Assembly (NCBI GenBank): GCA_016929435.1
Contig: JAFGIV010000005.1
Coordinates: forward strand, 23,596 to 87,595
Length of the DNA stretch: 64,000 nt
DNA from: Candidatus Uhrbacteria bacterium
Lineage (GTDB): Bacteria > Patescibacteriota > Patescibacteriia > SG8-24
Direction of reading: 5' to 3'
Part shown: positions 38,946-48,689 of the stretch, piece by piece
How the letters are laid out: every line of letters begins with the position of its first letter
Numbering within the stretch: position 1 is the stretch's first letter
Program-made: the position numbers and the translations under genes
The notes under the pieces: generated by a model
Database searches by the model: none
What the model was told of the DNA's origin: nothing
Seen by the model: only the letters and a program-made list of their open reading frames with translations

Positions 38946-40223
38946 ATGACCCCAATCGGAATAGCAACATTGGCCATCCCCACCCTCGGCTTCCTGGCCT
39001 TGGGCTATTACCGGCGCAGTTGGGCCATAGCCGTTTTCTGCGCCCTGCTGCCGGTCTATCTGATCCGCCTCAAGCTCGGTTTTCCTGGCTTGCCGGAGAT
39101 CCCCTCGACTTTTCTGGAGGTCCTGTTTGCGGCGATTTTTGTCCCGTGGTTTTTTGGCCGGGGGTTGAGGCCGGAATCGTGGGCCGGACTGCGCCGTTGG
39201 GCCATCCCCATCACCCTGATCCTGACCGGCTCGGCGATCGGAATCCTGGTTTCCCCGGATCGCCTCGGCGGTTTGGGCCTGTGGCGGGCGTATTTTTTGG
39301 AGCCCATCCTCTTTTTCGCCGTTTTTACCGATACCGTCCGCGTTTCCAAAGACCGGGCGGCCGTTTTGGCGGGGATGGCCGTCAGTCTGGCCGCCATTGC
39401 CCTGACCGCCGTTTTCCAGAAGTTCACCGGCTACGGCATCCCTGATCCGTGGTGGACGGCATCGGTCCGGCGGGTCACCTCCTTCTACGGGTTCCCGAAC
39501 GCCATCGGACTGTACCTGGCGCCGATCGTCGTCTTGGTGTCCGCCTGGGCCGCCGACCTGTTTTTCCGTCCCGGCGGCCGCCGTCGGCCGTGGCCGTACC
39601 TGCTGGCCGTCGTCGCTGTCCTGGGTTTCTTGGCCTGCCTGTTTGCGGTCTCTAAAGGCGCCCTGATCGGTATGGCCGTGGCTTTGGCCGTTTATGGGCT
39701 GTCGGTCAGGAGACTCCGACCGCTGGCCCTCACGGCCGTCATCGCCGTCTGTCTGGCCGTCAGCCTATACCGCCCGCTCACCAGCCTGGCCGGAAACATC
39801 TTCGCCGGCCGCGACGCCTCCAGTTCGGTCCGGCTGGTCATCTGGAACGAGACCCTGAACATGCTGTCCGACCGGCCGATATTCGGGGGCGGCCTGTCCG
39901 GCTATCGCCAGTCGGTCGAACCGTATCACCGGGCCGGACACATCGAGCTTTTCATGTATCCGCACAGCCTGCCGCTCAATCTCTGGACCGAAATCGGCCT
40001 GATCGGGCTGGTCGGGTTCGTTTGGCTGTTAGTCCTGTTTTTCGTCCGCAACATCAGGGTCGCCCGGAGAGGCCGATCCTGGTTGCCGACGGCCCTGCTG
40101 TCCGCCATGGTCTGCATCCTTATTCACGGTCTGGTGGATGTCCCGTACTTGAAGAACGACCTGGCCTTTCAGTTCTGGATCCTCGTCGGTTTGGCGGAGA
40201 GTCTGACGGTGTATGAAATATGA
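38946..40223 (+). CDS. O-antigen ligase/polymerase-like (Wzy_C-type) integral membrane protein
   Basis: About 11 TM segments and a large loop with R/H residues (...YHRAGHIELFMYPHSLPLNLWTEIG...) typical of WaaL/Wzy. Confidence 0.75.
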   Translation: MTPIGIATLAIPTLGFLALGYYRRSWAIAVFCALLPVYLIRLKLGFPGLPEIPSTFLEVLFAAIFVPWFFGRGLRPESWAGLRRWAIPITLILTGSAIGILVSPDRLGGLGLWRAYFLEPILFFAVFTDTVRVSKDRAAVLAGMAVSLAAIALTAVFQKFTGYGIPDPWWTASVRRVTSFYGFPNAIGLYLAPIVVLVSAWAADLFFRPGGRRRPWPYLLAVVAVLGFLACLFAVSKGALIGMAVALAVYGLSVRRLRPLALTAVIAVCLAVSLYRPLTSLAGNIFAGRDASSSVRLVIWNETLNMLSDRPIFGGGLSGYRQSVEPYHRAGHIELFMYPHSLPLNLWTEIGLIGLVGFVWLLVLFFVRNIRVARRGRSWLPTALLSAMVCILIHGLVDVPYLKNDLAFQFWILVGLAESLTVYEI

Positions 40224-40786
40224 AAAAAGAAGTTGAGATCCTCTGCCGCTTGGGCGGAACGAAAAGGACGGCCCTGCGGAAACTGTCCGCCCTGGAGCCG
40301 GTGGGCACCAAGCGGACGGTCGATACCTACTATTTTGACCCCAAGCGCCCGGCCCTCCGGCCCAAGAAAGGCCGGCTGACGGAATGTTTCCGCTTGCGCC
40401 GGCAGGGGGACGGGTGCCGTCTGGCCTACAAGGTGGACCATTTCCGCCGGGGGGAGTGGATGTATTCCGACGAGCACGAGACGGCCGTGGCCGAAGCCGA
40501 TGTGATGGAGGCCATTGTCTGCCGTTTGGGGCTGAAGCCGCTTGTTGTGGTGGACATGGTCAAGCACCTGTTCCGTTCCCCGGAATACGAGGTGGCGGTG
40601 GAGGAGGTTCGCAGTTTGGGCCTTTTCATCGAAGTCGAGAGCCGGAGGGCGGTGACGGAGGGGGAAGTGGCGGCCGAACGCCGCCGGATACGCGCCTTCC
40701 TTTCCGGTTTGGGTCTGGCCGTGGGGGAGGAGATGAACTCCGGCAAGCCGGAGCTGCTGCTGGCCCAAAAGCCGGGGAAGGGGTAG
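40220..40786 (+). CDS. CYTH-domain protein (CyaB/thiamine-triphosphatase-like)
   Basis: N-terminal EVEILCRLGG (ExExK-like) and the beta-barrel CYTH pattern. Overlaps the upstream gene by 4 nt. Confidence 0.7.
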   Translation: MKKEVEILCRLGGTKRTALRKLSALEPVGTKRTVDTYYFDPKRPALRPKKGRLTECFRLRRQGDGCRLAYKVDHFRRGEWMYSDEHETAVAEADVMEAIVCRLGLKPLVVVDMVKHLFRSPEYEVAVEEVRSLGLFIEVESRRAVTEGEVAAERRRIRAFLSGLGLAVGEEMNSGKPELLLAQKPGKG

Positions 40787-40842
40787 TTTTGCGGGCTGAA
40801 CCGGGCATGTTCCCGTTTCCCCCGGTCTGGACGATTGGAATT

Positions 40843-40953
40843 GGCCGTGATAGTTTGTTGTAGTCGGTGCGGATCGGCGGTGAAAGTCCCCGTGTGCGCC
40901 TACGCCTATGGCATTACGGACACGGTGAGGGGGGATTTTAGCAATAAAACAAA
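40843..40953 (+). repeat. Copy 1 of a ~110-nt repeated structured element
   Basis: About 85% identical to 46184-46293, with conserved ends GGCCGTGAT..GTTTGTTG and ..GGACACGGTGAGGGGG.ATTTTAGCAATAAAACAAA. Internal stem CCCCGTGT/ACACGG(TGA)GGGG; the variable central hairpin shows partly compensatory changes. Confidence 0.7.
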
Positions 40954-40978
40954 AACGAGATAGGTTTTAGGTTTTCAC

Positions 40979-41068
40979 GGAGGGGTGCCTGAGAGGTCGA
41001 AAGGGACGCACTCGAAATGCGTTGTCCGGGCAACTGGACCGTGGGTTCGAATCCCACCCCCTCCGCCA
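40979..41068 (+). tRNA. tRNA-Ser (anticodon CGA), class II with a long variable arm
   Basis: GGAGGGG...ACGCA-CTCGAAA-TGCGT...long arm...GTGGG-TTCGAAT-CCCAC-CCCCTCC-G-CCA; 90 nt. Confidence 0.85.
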
Positions 41069-41305
41069 GATTTTCATAAATGAGGGGAAGGATCGATCCG
41101 AAAACGGTCATCTATCCGGACGGTTGGGGCGGCCACGGCGGTCTTGTGGAGACGTAGGTTATCACGGACATTTCCGATGTGTTACCATAAAACCGTAAAG
41201 GTTGTCGCATTTAAGTTATTTTGCCCTCGGTATTCAGCGTCTTGAATTGCTTGAAATGCGGCTTGGGAGAATCTCAAACGAAGGTATCGGTAAACCAGCA
41301 AAAAT

Positions 41306-43264
41306 ATGAGAAGAATGGGGCGGGTAAAAGGGTTTAAGAAATTTTTTGCGCTCAGAAAAAATACTCTCGAGAAAGGCCGGTGGTTTTATGGGCCACGGAC
41401 GAGGCGCACCCGTGTTGAAGTTCCGCGGTCGCAAAGGCTGTTTTCCGGCGCCCTAAGGGGCGGACTCACTGTTTTTATCTCTGTTTTGATAGTTTGCGGG
41501 GTTGCTTATGCCGGCACCATAACTCCGCCGAGCGGAACACCCTCGGCCCAATTCTACACTCTTTCGGAAATCTACAACTTTATAACCGACAATACCGCCG
41601 CAACCGAGGGTGACCATGATTTCACCTTTTCAGACGGCCTAGCCGGCACAGGCCGCACCCTAACCGAAATTTACGGCGCCTTGGCCGGTTTGATTTCCGC
41701 CGATCAGGTCAAAAAAGACAGGACTTATCTCGGGGTAACGGGCACCTTAACTCCCGATGGCGGCACGGCCGTTGTCGCCGACCTGTTCAACGGCAAGACC
41801 GCCAACCTGACGGGCGATTGGAATCTGGACGGGGGGACCCTTAGTCTTGCCTGCGATACCGCAACCTTTGATGGTGCGGGAAATTTAGTTTCCGATACCC
41901 ATGACGGAGACGGAGACGGAACGAATAGGTGGTGCATAACGGATACTGATGACGTAACGGCCGCTGATGTGCTATCCGGCAAAATGGCGTGGATTAACGG
42001 CGCTGCCGCAACAGGCACCATGGCCAATAACGGCGCGTTCGCCCTAACCGCCAGCTCAACGGATCAGGAAATCGCCGCCGGCTATTGGGACGCGGGCACT
42101 TTGGCGGGAGACGCGGATTTGGTGGCGGGAAACGTCAGAAACGGCGTCAGCATATTCGGGGTAGTCGGCAACATGGTTGCGGGCTACCTTTTTGGGGACG
42201 GCGATGCTTCGAAAGTGCTTACTTCCGCTGCGGGCAATGACGGGGACAGCTCCTATTTGGCCGACAACCTGACGGCATCAACGGTTAAGAAGGGCGTTGG
42301 TTTCGGGGTGGGTCCGCTTACGGGGCTGTTTTTCGGCGACACCGACGCTTCCAGGGTTTTGACCACCGCGGATGGCGGCGGTGCGGCAAAGGGAACCTAT
42401 GACGCGTCAAATTTGTCGCCGACAACGGTTAGAAAAGGGACGGCTTTCGGGGTTTCCTCAACCGGCGCGTATTCTGGCTATCCGGGGTCTGGATGGGCAG
42501 GGTCAGGCGGTTCGACGGGCGCCTATTCGTGTGAATATTGGGACGATGACGGTAACCCGGGAACGCCTGATGTCGCCACGGGATGGTATTGGTTTGAGGA
42601 CGGTAACGGCGACGGTGACGATGCCGATCCGGATGATCCGGAGGACGGTCTTTGTGTCCAGGCCGCATCACGCGCCGCCGGCTTGTCGTGGAACGGCTAC
42701 GATTACGAAACCAATTACGATGCCACCTACATTGCGGGCTATACGTGTTTCGGCAGCTTCCCCAACGGCACGGTCAGTTCGTATAACGGCCTTGACTCCA
42801 CCGGCGCGCTCGATACGACATGGAATGACGGGGATTGCGCGTTGTGCCAAGCCGATTGTTATGATGGGGTAAAGGACTTGCCCGACCAAGGGTCATACAC
42901 GTGCGAGGGCGGGTGTGTTGCCGGGGCCGACGGCTATAACGGGCCCCTAACGCCGGGGGCTTTGGGCAATTGGAAGGGAACCAGATTGCCGAGTTCCGCC
43001 GAATTTTTCGGATTCTGTAGCACTGGCGGGACTAATTCGGGGGTAGGCGAATACGAGACGGGCTGCTCATCCGATGTTACGGGCGGCACCTATGGCGTAC
43101 AGGTCGGCAGAACGGGTGAATGCATAGACCCCATTGGCTGGGAATGGCTTTCGGAGCAGCACTCCACCACCTCTGCGCGGGTAGCCGGCAGTTACGCCTG
43201 TTCCAACTTCAGTTACGGTTATGTCTACTTTGGCTTCAGGTTCCGTGCCGTCTTCCGCCCGTAG
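41306..43264 (+). CDS. Large Gly/Asp/Thr-rich cell-surface protein with an N-terminal membrane anchor and internal repeats
   Basis: TM segment LTVFISVLIVCGVAYAG. Repeated ~40-aa units (…NVRNGVSIFGVVGNMVAGYLFGDGDASKVLT… / …VKKGVGFGVGPLTGLFFGDTDASRVLT… / …VRKGTAFGVSSTG…). Cys-rich C-terminal region. The start is uncertain (41306 or a downstream M). Confidence 0.65.
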   Translation: MRRMGRVKGFKKFFALRKNTLEKGRWFYGPRTRRTRVEVPRSQRLFSGALRGGLTVFISVLIVCGVAYAGTITPPSGTPSAQFYTLSEIYNFITDNTAATEGDHDFTFSDGLAGTGRTLTEIYGALAGLISADQVKKDRTYLGVTGTLTPDGGTAVVADLFNGKTANLTGDWNLDGGTLSLACDTATFDGAGNLVSDTHDGDGDGTNRWCITDTDDVTAADVLSGKMAWINGAAATGTMANNGAFALTASSTDQEIAAGYWDAGTLAGDADLVAGNVRNGVSIFGVVGNMVAGYLFGDGDASKVLTSAAGNDGDSSYLADNLTASTVKKGVGFGVGPLTGLFFGDTDASRVLTTADGGGAAKGTYDASNLSPTTVRKGTAFGVSSTGAYSGYPGSGWAGSGGSTGAYSCEYWDDDGNPGTPDVATGWYWFEDGNGDGDDADPDDPEDGLCVQAASRAAGLSWNGYDYETNYDATYIAGYTCFGSFPNGTVSSYNGLDSTGALDTTWNDGDCALCQADCYDGVKDLPDQGSYTCEGGCVAGADGYNGPLTPGALGNWKGTRLPSSAEFFGFCSTGGTNSGVGEYETGCSSDVTGGTYGVQVGRTGECIDPIGWEWLSEQHSTTSARVAGSYACSNFSYGYVYFGFRFRAVFRP

Positions 43265-43518
43265 TGATTTCCCGTCTTGACGATTTGGCAATTGGATTGA
43301 TTTGAATATTTGAACCTCGAAATTCATTTGTAAACCTTTCGTCGTCAAAGACGGCAAAGGGGCCATCGAAAACCGTGTCGCAGGCTCGGGACGTGTCGCC
43401 CGGATCGAGTGCCTTCGGGACTTTCTGGCTGAAATGCCACAGTTTGCTTTTGGGTTTTTTCACGGGGTTGCGGCCTATCGCCAAATGGTTATGTGGTATG
43501 ATTATTCCGTAGGCACTT

Positions 43519-45783
43519 ATGGGCAGGGAAATTCCGAATAGAAATTTATTTTTTGCCTTGTTTTTAACGCTTCTCATAGGCGGGTCTTTTTCGCTTTTCG
43601 GTAAATCCGCCCTGGCCTCGTCCACCGACGGCACTGTTGATGGGAGTTTCAAATACGCTTGGGGAGAGAACGTCGGATGGATTAATTTCGGCTGCGATAA
43701 CTGCAGTGTCCACGTTACGGACTCCGCTCTTTCCGGCCATGCTTTGGGCGAAACCGTCGGTTGGATAAATCTGGAAGACGTGGTGAACGACGGCCAGGGC
43801 AGCCTGTCAGGCTACGCTTGGGGAGAGAACGTCGGTTACATAAAATTCAATCCGGCCGGCGGCGGGGTAAACATTGACCCTTCCGGTGAATTTACCGGAT
43901 CGGCTTTGGGGGAAAACGTCGGCTGGGTGGTTTTTGGCGGGGATTACGGGGTCAAGACCGATTGGCGGCCGCAGGGCGCAAGGCCTGCCTGCAACAACTC
44001 CTTGGATGATGACGGCGACGGCAAGATCGATTACCCGGCAGACCCGGGATGTTCTTCCTTGGACGATACGGATGAGACGGATCCCGTTTTTGGCGGAGGC
44101 GGAGGCGGAGGCGGAGGCGGTGGAGGCGGAGGAGGCGGGGGTTTGCCGCCAGAGGCGTACAATCCGCCGACAGCGCCCGAAGGCGGGTTTGGGATTTTAA
44201 TAAACGACAACGCTGCGGAGACCGATTCCCGGAGGGTTACCCTGACCCTAATGGGCGGATCGGATACCAAGACGGTTTGGATTTCCGAAAAATTTCAATT
44301 TCCGGAAGGTTTCCAGGTTTCCTACGATTCTTCCTTGCCGCAAGTCCCGGTTTCTTTTGACCTGTCCTCGGGCGAAGGCACAAAAATCGTTTACGCCAAG
44401 TTCTGCACTCAGTGGGGCCGGTGTTCCGATGTTGTTTTTGACGGCATAATAAGGGTCGGGGAAACGGTGGTTGAAAAGATAGTGGAAGTCCCGAAAAAAA
44501 TCGTTGAGGAAATCAGGAAGGTCCCGGGAGTTATCGCCCCGCTAATTCCCGATTTTTCGAAGCCCAAGCCACCCGAAGTGCCGGATGGGAAATCGGCGCT
44601 CAGGGAAGCCCCCCCGGTCTTTCGGGGCAAATGGCGGCTTCTGCCCTCTGACCCGATCAGGGAGTTTGTCTTGGCTCCCCTGCCCAAAGGAATCAGGAAC
44701 CTGGCCAGAAAATTTCCGGAACTCGAGATAACCCTTAGGGAAGTCGGCGTCAGCAGAATTACGGATGTCGCCAAACTAAAATCCGTAAAACTGACCCTGC
44801 CCGGGATGACGGAAAGAGTCGGATTGCCGACGGCAAGGATTGAACCCGGCAAGTTTGCCCCGCCCCAAGGCGTTCCCGTAGCCAGGCTTTCTCCGGCGGC
44901 TAAACAGCAATTGCCGACGGAAATCGTCTTTGCCAAAACCGGCGGCGAATTAGTTGATTTCAGCATTGCCCTGACGGTTAACGATAGGGGCGAACCGCAG
45001 CAGAGAATTTCCACGATTTCCGGCAAGCCCCTGCAATTGGCGGTGAAACCCGACAGTCCGGTCAGGGGCGTCAGGGGTTACGTGGTGTTCAGGTCCAGGG
45101 CCAGCCAAGCCGCATCCGTTGATGTCCCGCTCGGTTCCTTGTTGGCATCGGTGGTTTTTGCCAACCCGGCTTTTGCCAAGACGCAGGACCAGCCCGTCAG
45201 GGTTGAGGAAAAGCTGGTTTTGCTGGAGTTCGAGTATGCCGATCCAGACGGCGACGGAATCTATACCGCGGAGATTGACGCGCCGTTGGTTGCGGGCGAA
45301 TACGAGATCATCACGGTCATGGATTTCGATGATTCGGGGCTCGGGAAAAAGGAAATCCGTTTGACCGTTGTGGTCGATCCCGAAGGGTACGTTTATGAGC
45401 GGGACGGCGACAGGGAAACCCGCATCCCGGGAGCCGTTGTCTCCATTTATTGGCTGAATCCCGAAACGAAACAATATGAGATGTGGCCGGCAGGGGAATA
45501 CCAGCAGGAAAATCCGCAGACCACCGATGTCAGGGGCACCTACTCGTTTTTGGTGCCAGAGGGCCACTATTACCTTAAGGCCGAGACTCCGGGTTATCTT
45601 GCCTACGACGGCAGGCCGTTTGAGGTCAGGGAAGGCTCCGGCGTCCACATCAATATTGAAATCAAGACTAAATACCGGTGGCTGAAGATCGTCGATTGGA
45701 GAACGATTTTACTGGCCATCGTAATAATTCTGCTGCTCTATAACTTTTATCGTGATAAAGCCAGAGAGCGGTCGGTGAGGTAA
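43519..45783 (+). CDS. Surface protein with four WGENVGWINF repeats, a poly-Gly linker, a CarboxypepD_reg-like domain and a C-terminal TM anchor
   Basis: Signal peptide. Four repeats of (A/Y)(W/L)GE(N/T)VGW(I/V)NF. G17 linker encoded by a (GGCGGA)n tract at 44092-44145. The region DVRGTYSFLVPEGHYYLKAETPGY. C-terminal helix ILLAIVIILLLY. Confidence 0.7.
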   Translation: MGREIPNRNLFFALFLTLLIGGSFSLFGKSALASSTDGTVDGSFKYAWGENVGWINFGCDNCSVHVTDSALSGHALGETVGWINLEDVVNDGQGSLSGYAWGENVGYIKFNPAGGGVNIDPSGEFTGSALGENVGWVVFGGDYGVKTDWRPQGARPACNNSLDDDGDGKIDYPADPGCSSLDDTDETDPVFGGGGGGGGGGGGGGGGGLPPEAYNPPTAPEGGFGILINDNAAETDSRRVTLTLMGGSDTKTVWISEKFQFPEGFQVSYDSSLPQVPVSFDLSSGEGTKIVYAKFCTQWGRCSDVVFDGIIRVGETVVEKIVEVPKKIVEEIRKVPGVIAPLIPDFSKPKPPEVPDGKSALREAPPVFRGKWRLLPSDPIREFVLAPLPKGIRNLARKFPELEITLREVGVSRITDVAKLKSVKLTLPGMTERVGLPTARIEPGKFAPPQGVPVARLSPAAKQQLPTEIVFAKTGGELVDFSIALTVNDRGEPQQRISTISGKPLQLAVKPDSPVRGVRGYVVFRSRASQAASVDVPLGSLLASVVFANPAFAKTQDQPVRVEEKLVLLEFEYADPDGDGIYTAEIDAPLVAGEYEIITVMDFDDSGLGKKEIRLTVVVDPEGYVYERDGDRETRIPGAVVSIYWLNPETKQYEMWPAGEYQQENPQTTDVRGTYSFLVPEGHYYLKAETPGYLAYDGRPFEVREGSGVHINIEIKTKYRWLKIVDWRTILLAIVIILLLYNFYRDKARERSVR

Positions 45784-45791
45784 GGAAATCT

Positions 45792-46154
45792 ATGAATAAA
45801 CCAAAAACAACCCCGGTCCTTGTCGCGGTTCTGCTCGTCGGCACCGTCTTTTTGGGCGTCAGGTACTTTTCCGTCGCCAAGGAGCTTCGTCAGACCCGAA
45901 GCGCACTGCAGACCCAAACGGTTAACGAAAAAGTTCTGGAGTTCACCAAATTCTTCATTGGCGAGGTTTTGAGGGCGGACGGTGAAATTGATTTTGACAC
46001 AAGGTTGAAACTGGAGATTGCCGTCGGAAATCTGGATGATGGGGAAATTTTGAGCCAATGGAAGAGGTTTGTTGGCTCAGAGACCGAAGCCGAAGCGCAG
46101 GAAGAAGTCAAAAATCTCCTGGAATTGCTGGTGGGCAAGGTGAAGGTCAGGTAA
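45792..46154 (+). CDS. Small hypothetical membrane-anchored protein (120 aa)
   Basis: RBS AAGGAAA; N-terminal TM; coiled-coil C-terminus. Confidence 0.5.
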   Translation: MNKPKTTPVLVAVLLVGTVFLGVRYFSVAKELRQTRSALQTQTVNEKVLEFTKFFIGEVLRADGEIDFDTRLKLEIAVGNLDDGEILSQWKRFVGSETEAEAQEEVKNLLELLVGKVKVR

Positions 46155-46183
46155 AAAACCGTGTGTAACGGGAAACAAAACCG

Positions 46184-46293
46184 GCCGTGATGGTTTGTTG
46201 CGGTCGGTGCGGACGTGCGGCAAGAGTCCCCGTGTGCGCCTATGCAAGGGCATGGCGGACACGGTGAGGGGGAATTTTAGCAATAAAACAAAT
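46184..46293 (+). repeat. Copy 2 of the ~110-nt repeated structured element
   Basis: Direct repeat of 40843-40953. Followed at ~46300-46345 by a hairpin + U-run (ACCGTCC..GGGCGGT-TTTTTT), then a low-GC island. Confidence 0.7.
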
Positions 46294-46409
46294 AAGGGTT
46301 TGTCGAGACAAACGCAAGACCGTCCGGAGGGGCGGTTTTTTGATGAAATTGACTATCTTGTGCTTATGCTGTACTGTAGCCTGTCACAGTCTGGTATACT
46401 AAACATAAT

Positions 46410-46949
46410 ATGGGTCAACCAGATAAGCTCCGAAATTTAATCCTATATATCCTGTCCCACCAGGATTATCAGGAGGGCGGCGTAAAGAAGCTGAACAAGC
46501 TGCTTTATTTTATTGATTTTTATTTTTATCGCGATCATGAGCGGTTAATTTCTGATGCAAAATACGCCAAGGCCCCAATGGGGCCAGTCATTGATTCTTA
46601 TCAGGAGGTATTTGCCAAACTTGTTGCGGACGGAGACTTGAGGCTGATTGAAGATGTCAGCACGAAGGTATACAAGCCACTTCGTCAGGCTGAGGTAGGG
46701 ATGTTTACTTCCGAGCAGGTCGATCACATATCCAAGGTGCTTGATCGATACGGAAAATTGTCGGGACGCGATCTCGAGTGGATCTCCCACCAGCAGCAGC
46801 CGTGGGTTCTGACCGAGAATTTTGGCGACATCATTGATCCCGACCTTGCCTTGTTGATTGATGATGAGGTGAGCGATTCCGACACCAGTTTTATAGAAAA
46901 CGAGAATCTTAGGAACGAGCTGCAAAATCTCGCCAACCAGGCCGATTAG
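46410..46949 (+). CDS. Panacea-domain (DUF4065, SocA-like) protein; putative antitoxin
   Basis: KLRNLILYILSH...GGVKKLNKLLYFIDFYFYRDHERLISDAKYAKAPMGPV matches the DUF4065/Panacea N-terminal core. Low-GC gene. Confidence 0.65.
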   Translation: MGQPDKLRNLILYILSHQDYQEGGVKKLNKLLYFIDFYFYRDHERLISDAKYAKAPMGPVIDSYQEVFAKLVADGDLRLIEDVSTKVYKPLRQAEVGMFTSEQVDHISKVLDRYGKLSGRDLEWISHQQQPWVLTENFGDIIDPDLALLIDDEVSDSDTSFIENENLRNELQNLANQAD

Positions 46950-46962
46950 GGAGAGGCTTGCT

Positions 46963-47304
46963 ATGGGAGAAATCGTAATCGAGGTAATTGAGTCGTTGGA
47001 TAGACAGGTCAACGACCTTTCCTCGTCGGATTCAAAAATCAGGAAGCTGTTCAATAAACAGCGGCGGTTCATGTCACTGAACCCGCATTACTCATCGTTA
47101 GGAAGGAAGAAATTGCAGAACGTATTTGATCAGTACGGGAACCAATTGGAGGAAATCAGGCTAAACAGGTACTGGCGGATCGTATTTATCGTCAGGGATG
47201 AGGGGCAGAGGGTGGTTTGGTTGAAGCTTTGCGATCACGATGAAATTGCAAGAAACAACCGACTGTTCATTGATGGCCATCCGGAAGGGCCGCCGGCCAT
47301 TTGA
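46963..47304 (+). CDS. RelE/ParE/HigB-fold putative toxin (113 aa)
   Basis: C-terminal pattern KKLQNVFDQYGNQLEEIRLNRYWRIVFIVRDEGQRVVWLKLCDHDE resembles the RelE/HigB core (YRI.F.v.d...v.iL.i.dHd). It lies 13 nt after the Panacea gene. Confidence 0.5.
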   Translation: MGEIVIEVIESLDRQVNDLSSSDSKIRKLFNKQRRFMSLNPHYSSLGRKKLQNVFDQYGNQLEEIRLNRYWRIVFIVRDEGQRVVWLKLCDHDEIARNNRLFIDGHPEGPPAI

Positions 47305-47313
47305 TTAATTTGA

Positions 47314-47415
47314 GTGGGGAAGCCCCCGGACAAAACCGCCCTTCCGGGCGGTTTTGTCCGGAACCCGTTGGATTATTTGACCCCTTTTTTCAAACCCAAA
47401 AGGGGCTTTTTGGGG
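47314..47415 (+). terminator. Two consecutive terminator hairpins after the putative TA pair
   Basis: GGACAAAACCGCCC-ttcc-GGGCGGTTTTGTCC, then CCCCTTTTTTcaaacccAAAAGGGG + CTTTTT. Confidence 0.55.
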
Positions 47416-47537
47416 AGAGAGCCGGGTCTCCCGAATCTTGACCTATTCGGACAGGAATGCTAAGGTGAGTCCGTTGCGGGCGATGGTGCCCATAAACGGC
47501 ATTCTTTAAAAATTTTAGAACGGAGGAAAAGAGTAAA

Positions 47538-48536
47538 ATGGGTTTTAAAAAAACAAAGAAGATCAAAAGGTTAATGGAAAGATATCCTTTCGTGTCCGAC
47601 ATCCTGTCGGAAGACCTGGAGCCGCTCGACGGCAACGGCGGAACGGAGGTTAACGAACTTGCCGTCAGCGTAGAGACGGCCGACGGGAACCTGATGTTTC
47701 GCCGCGCCAACAATGTCGGCCTCGGCGACTCGTCGTTCGCATTCTGCATCAAGGGGGGCAAACACGAGGGCCAGGTCATGAAAAAACGGGGGGAATATTT
47801 CTTTGCCGTTGACGGCGACGGGAAAATCATAAATCGTCTCAATTGGCCAAGGAATGACGGGGAAAGCAGGCAAATAGGGGACGAGATTTACGCCCACAGT
47901 ATATTTTGGGTGGAAAGGGAATCCGGCCTTGACTCTACGGAAAGCCGGATGCCAATTTGGGACAAGGTCCGGTACCTTGTCTGGGTTACGGTAGAGGCGT
48001 GGCATGCCCATACAAAGGGCGAATTATTCAGTGAAAGTTATTCGCGTTCGGTCAGGGTCACGATCTATCGCGCGCCGGGTCAGGGTTTCAGGCGGTTGTA
48101 TCAGTCATCAAGCCCTTATAGGAATCTCTCGCTCGACAAGCGAATGGTGGAACGCAGCCTGAAAAGGGGGGACTGTTGTGTCGTGGGCATGCTGGGCATG
48201 CTTTACGAGTTGGGTATGTCTTTTCGAGACAAGGTGTGCCCAAACGGGGTGAATCGGAGGCCTAATAGTGGGGGTAGGGTTTTCTGGATTTTCGAAAACT
48301 TTTGGATAGAGCGCGTGGTGCGAGCCGGACACGATCGAATAACGATCGGGGAAGGTCCGGCATATATCACGGGGATGGAGGGTCAAGTCTACGTTGTGTT
48401 TGAGTTTTTCCGGAATTCGGACATGAACGTTCCCGACCAGCGAGGTACCGTTCCCCAAATCCGCAACCTCGTGAGAAAGGCAATGCGTATTTTTGAGGAA
48501 AACCCGAGGATACGCAGGGCTTTCCGGTCCGTGTAG
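47538..48536 (+). CDS. Hypothetical protein (332 aa), no recognisable domain
   Basis: RBS GGAGGAAAAGAG; low-GC codon usage. Rich in W/R/F residues. Confidence 0.55.
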   Translation: MGFKKTKKIKRLMERYPFVSDILSEDLEPLDGNGGTEVNELAVSVETADGNLMFRRANNVGLGDSSFAFCIKGGKHEGQVMKKRGEYFFAVDGDGKIINRLNWPRNDGESRQIGDEIYAHSIFWVERESGLDSTESRMPIWDKVRYLVWVTVEAWHAHTKGELFSESYSRSVRVTIYRAPGQGFRRLYQSSSPYRNLSLDKRMVERSLKRGDCCVVGMLGMLYELGMSFRDKVCPNGVNRRPNSGGRVFWIFENFWIERVVRAGHDRITIGEGPAYITGMEGQVYVVFEFFRNSDMNVPDQRGTVPQIRNLVRKAMRIFEENPRIRRAFRSV

Positions 48537-48689
48537 TATGCAGTAGGTAGGTAACGTGTGGCATAAGGGGTGTGCGTAGGGAAATCCGCGCACCCCCTAT
48601 TTTTTTTGCCGCCCTTTCCCGAATGTGCTATAATAAAAAAATCAAACGTCCCACCGGGACCGCATAACTCAAAGCTAAGCGTAAATCGT

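Noticed and set aside
44092-44145. The (GGCGGA)n microsatellite as a phase-variation switch
   Set aside because: The repeat unit is a multiple of 3, so slippage keeps the frame. At most it changes linker length rather than switching expression on and off.
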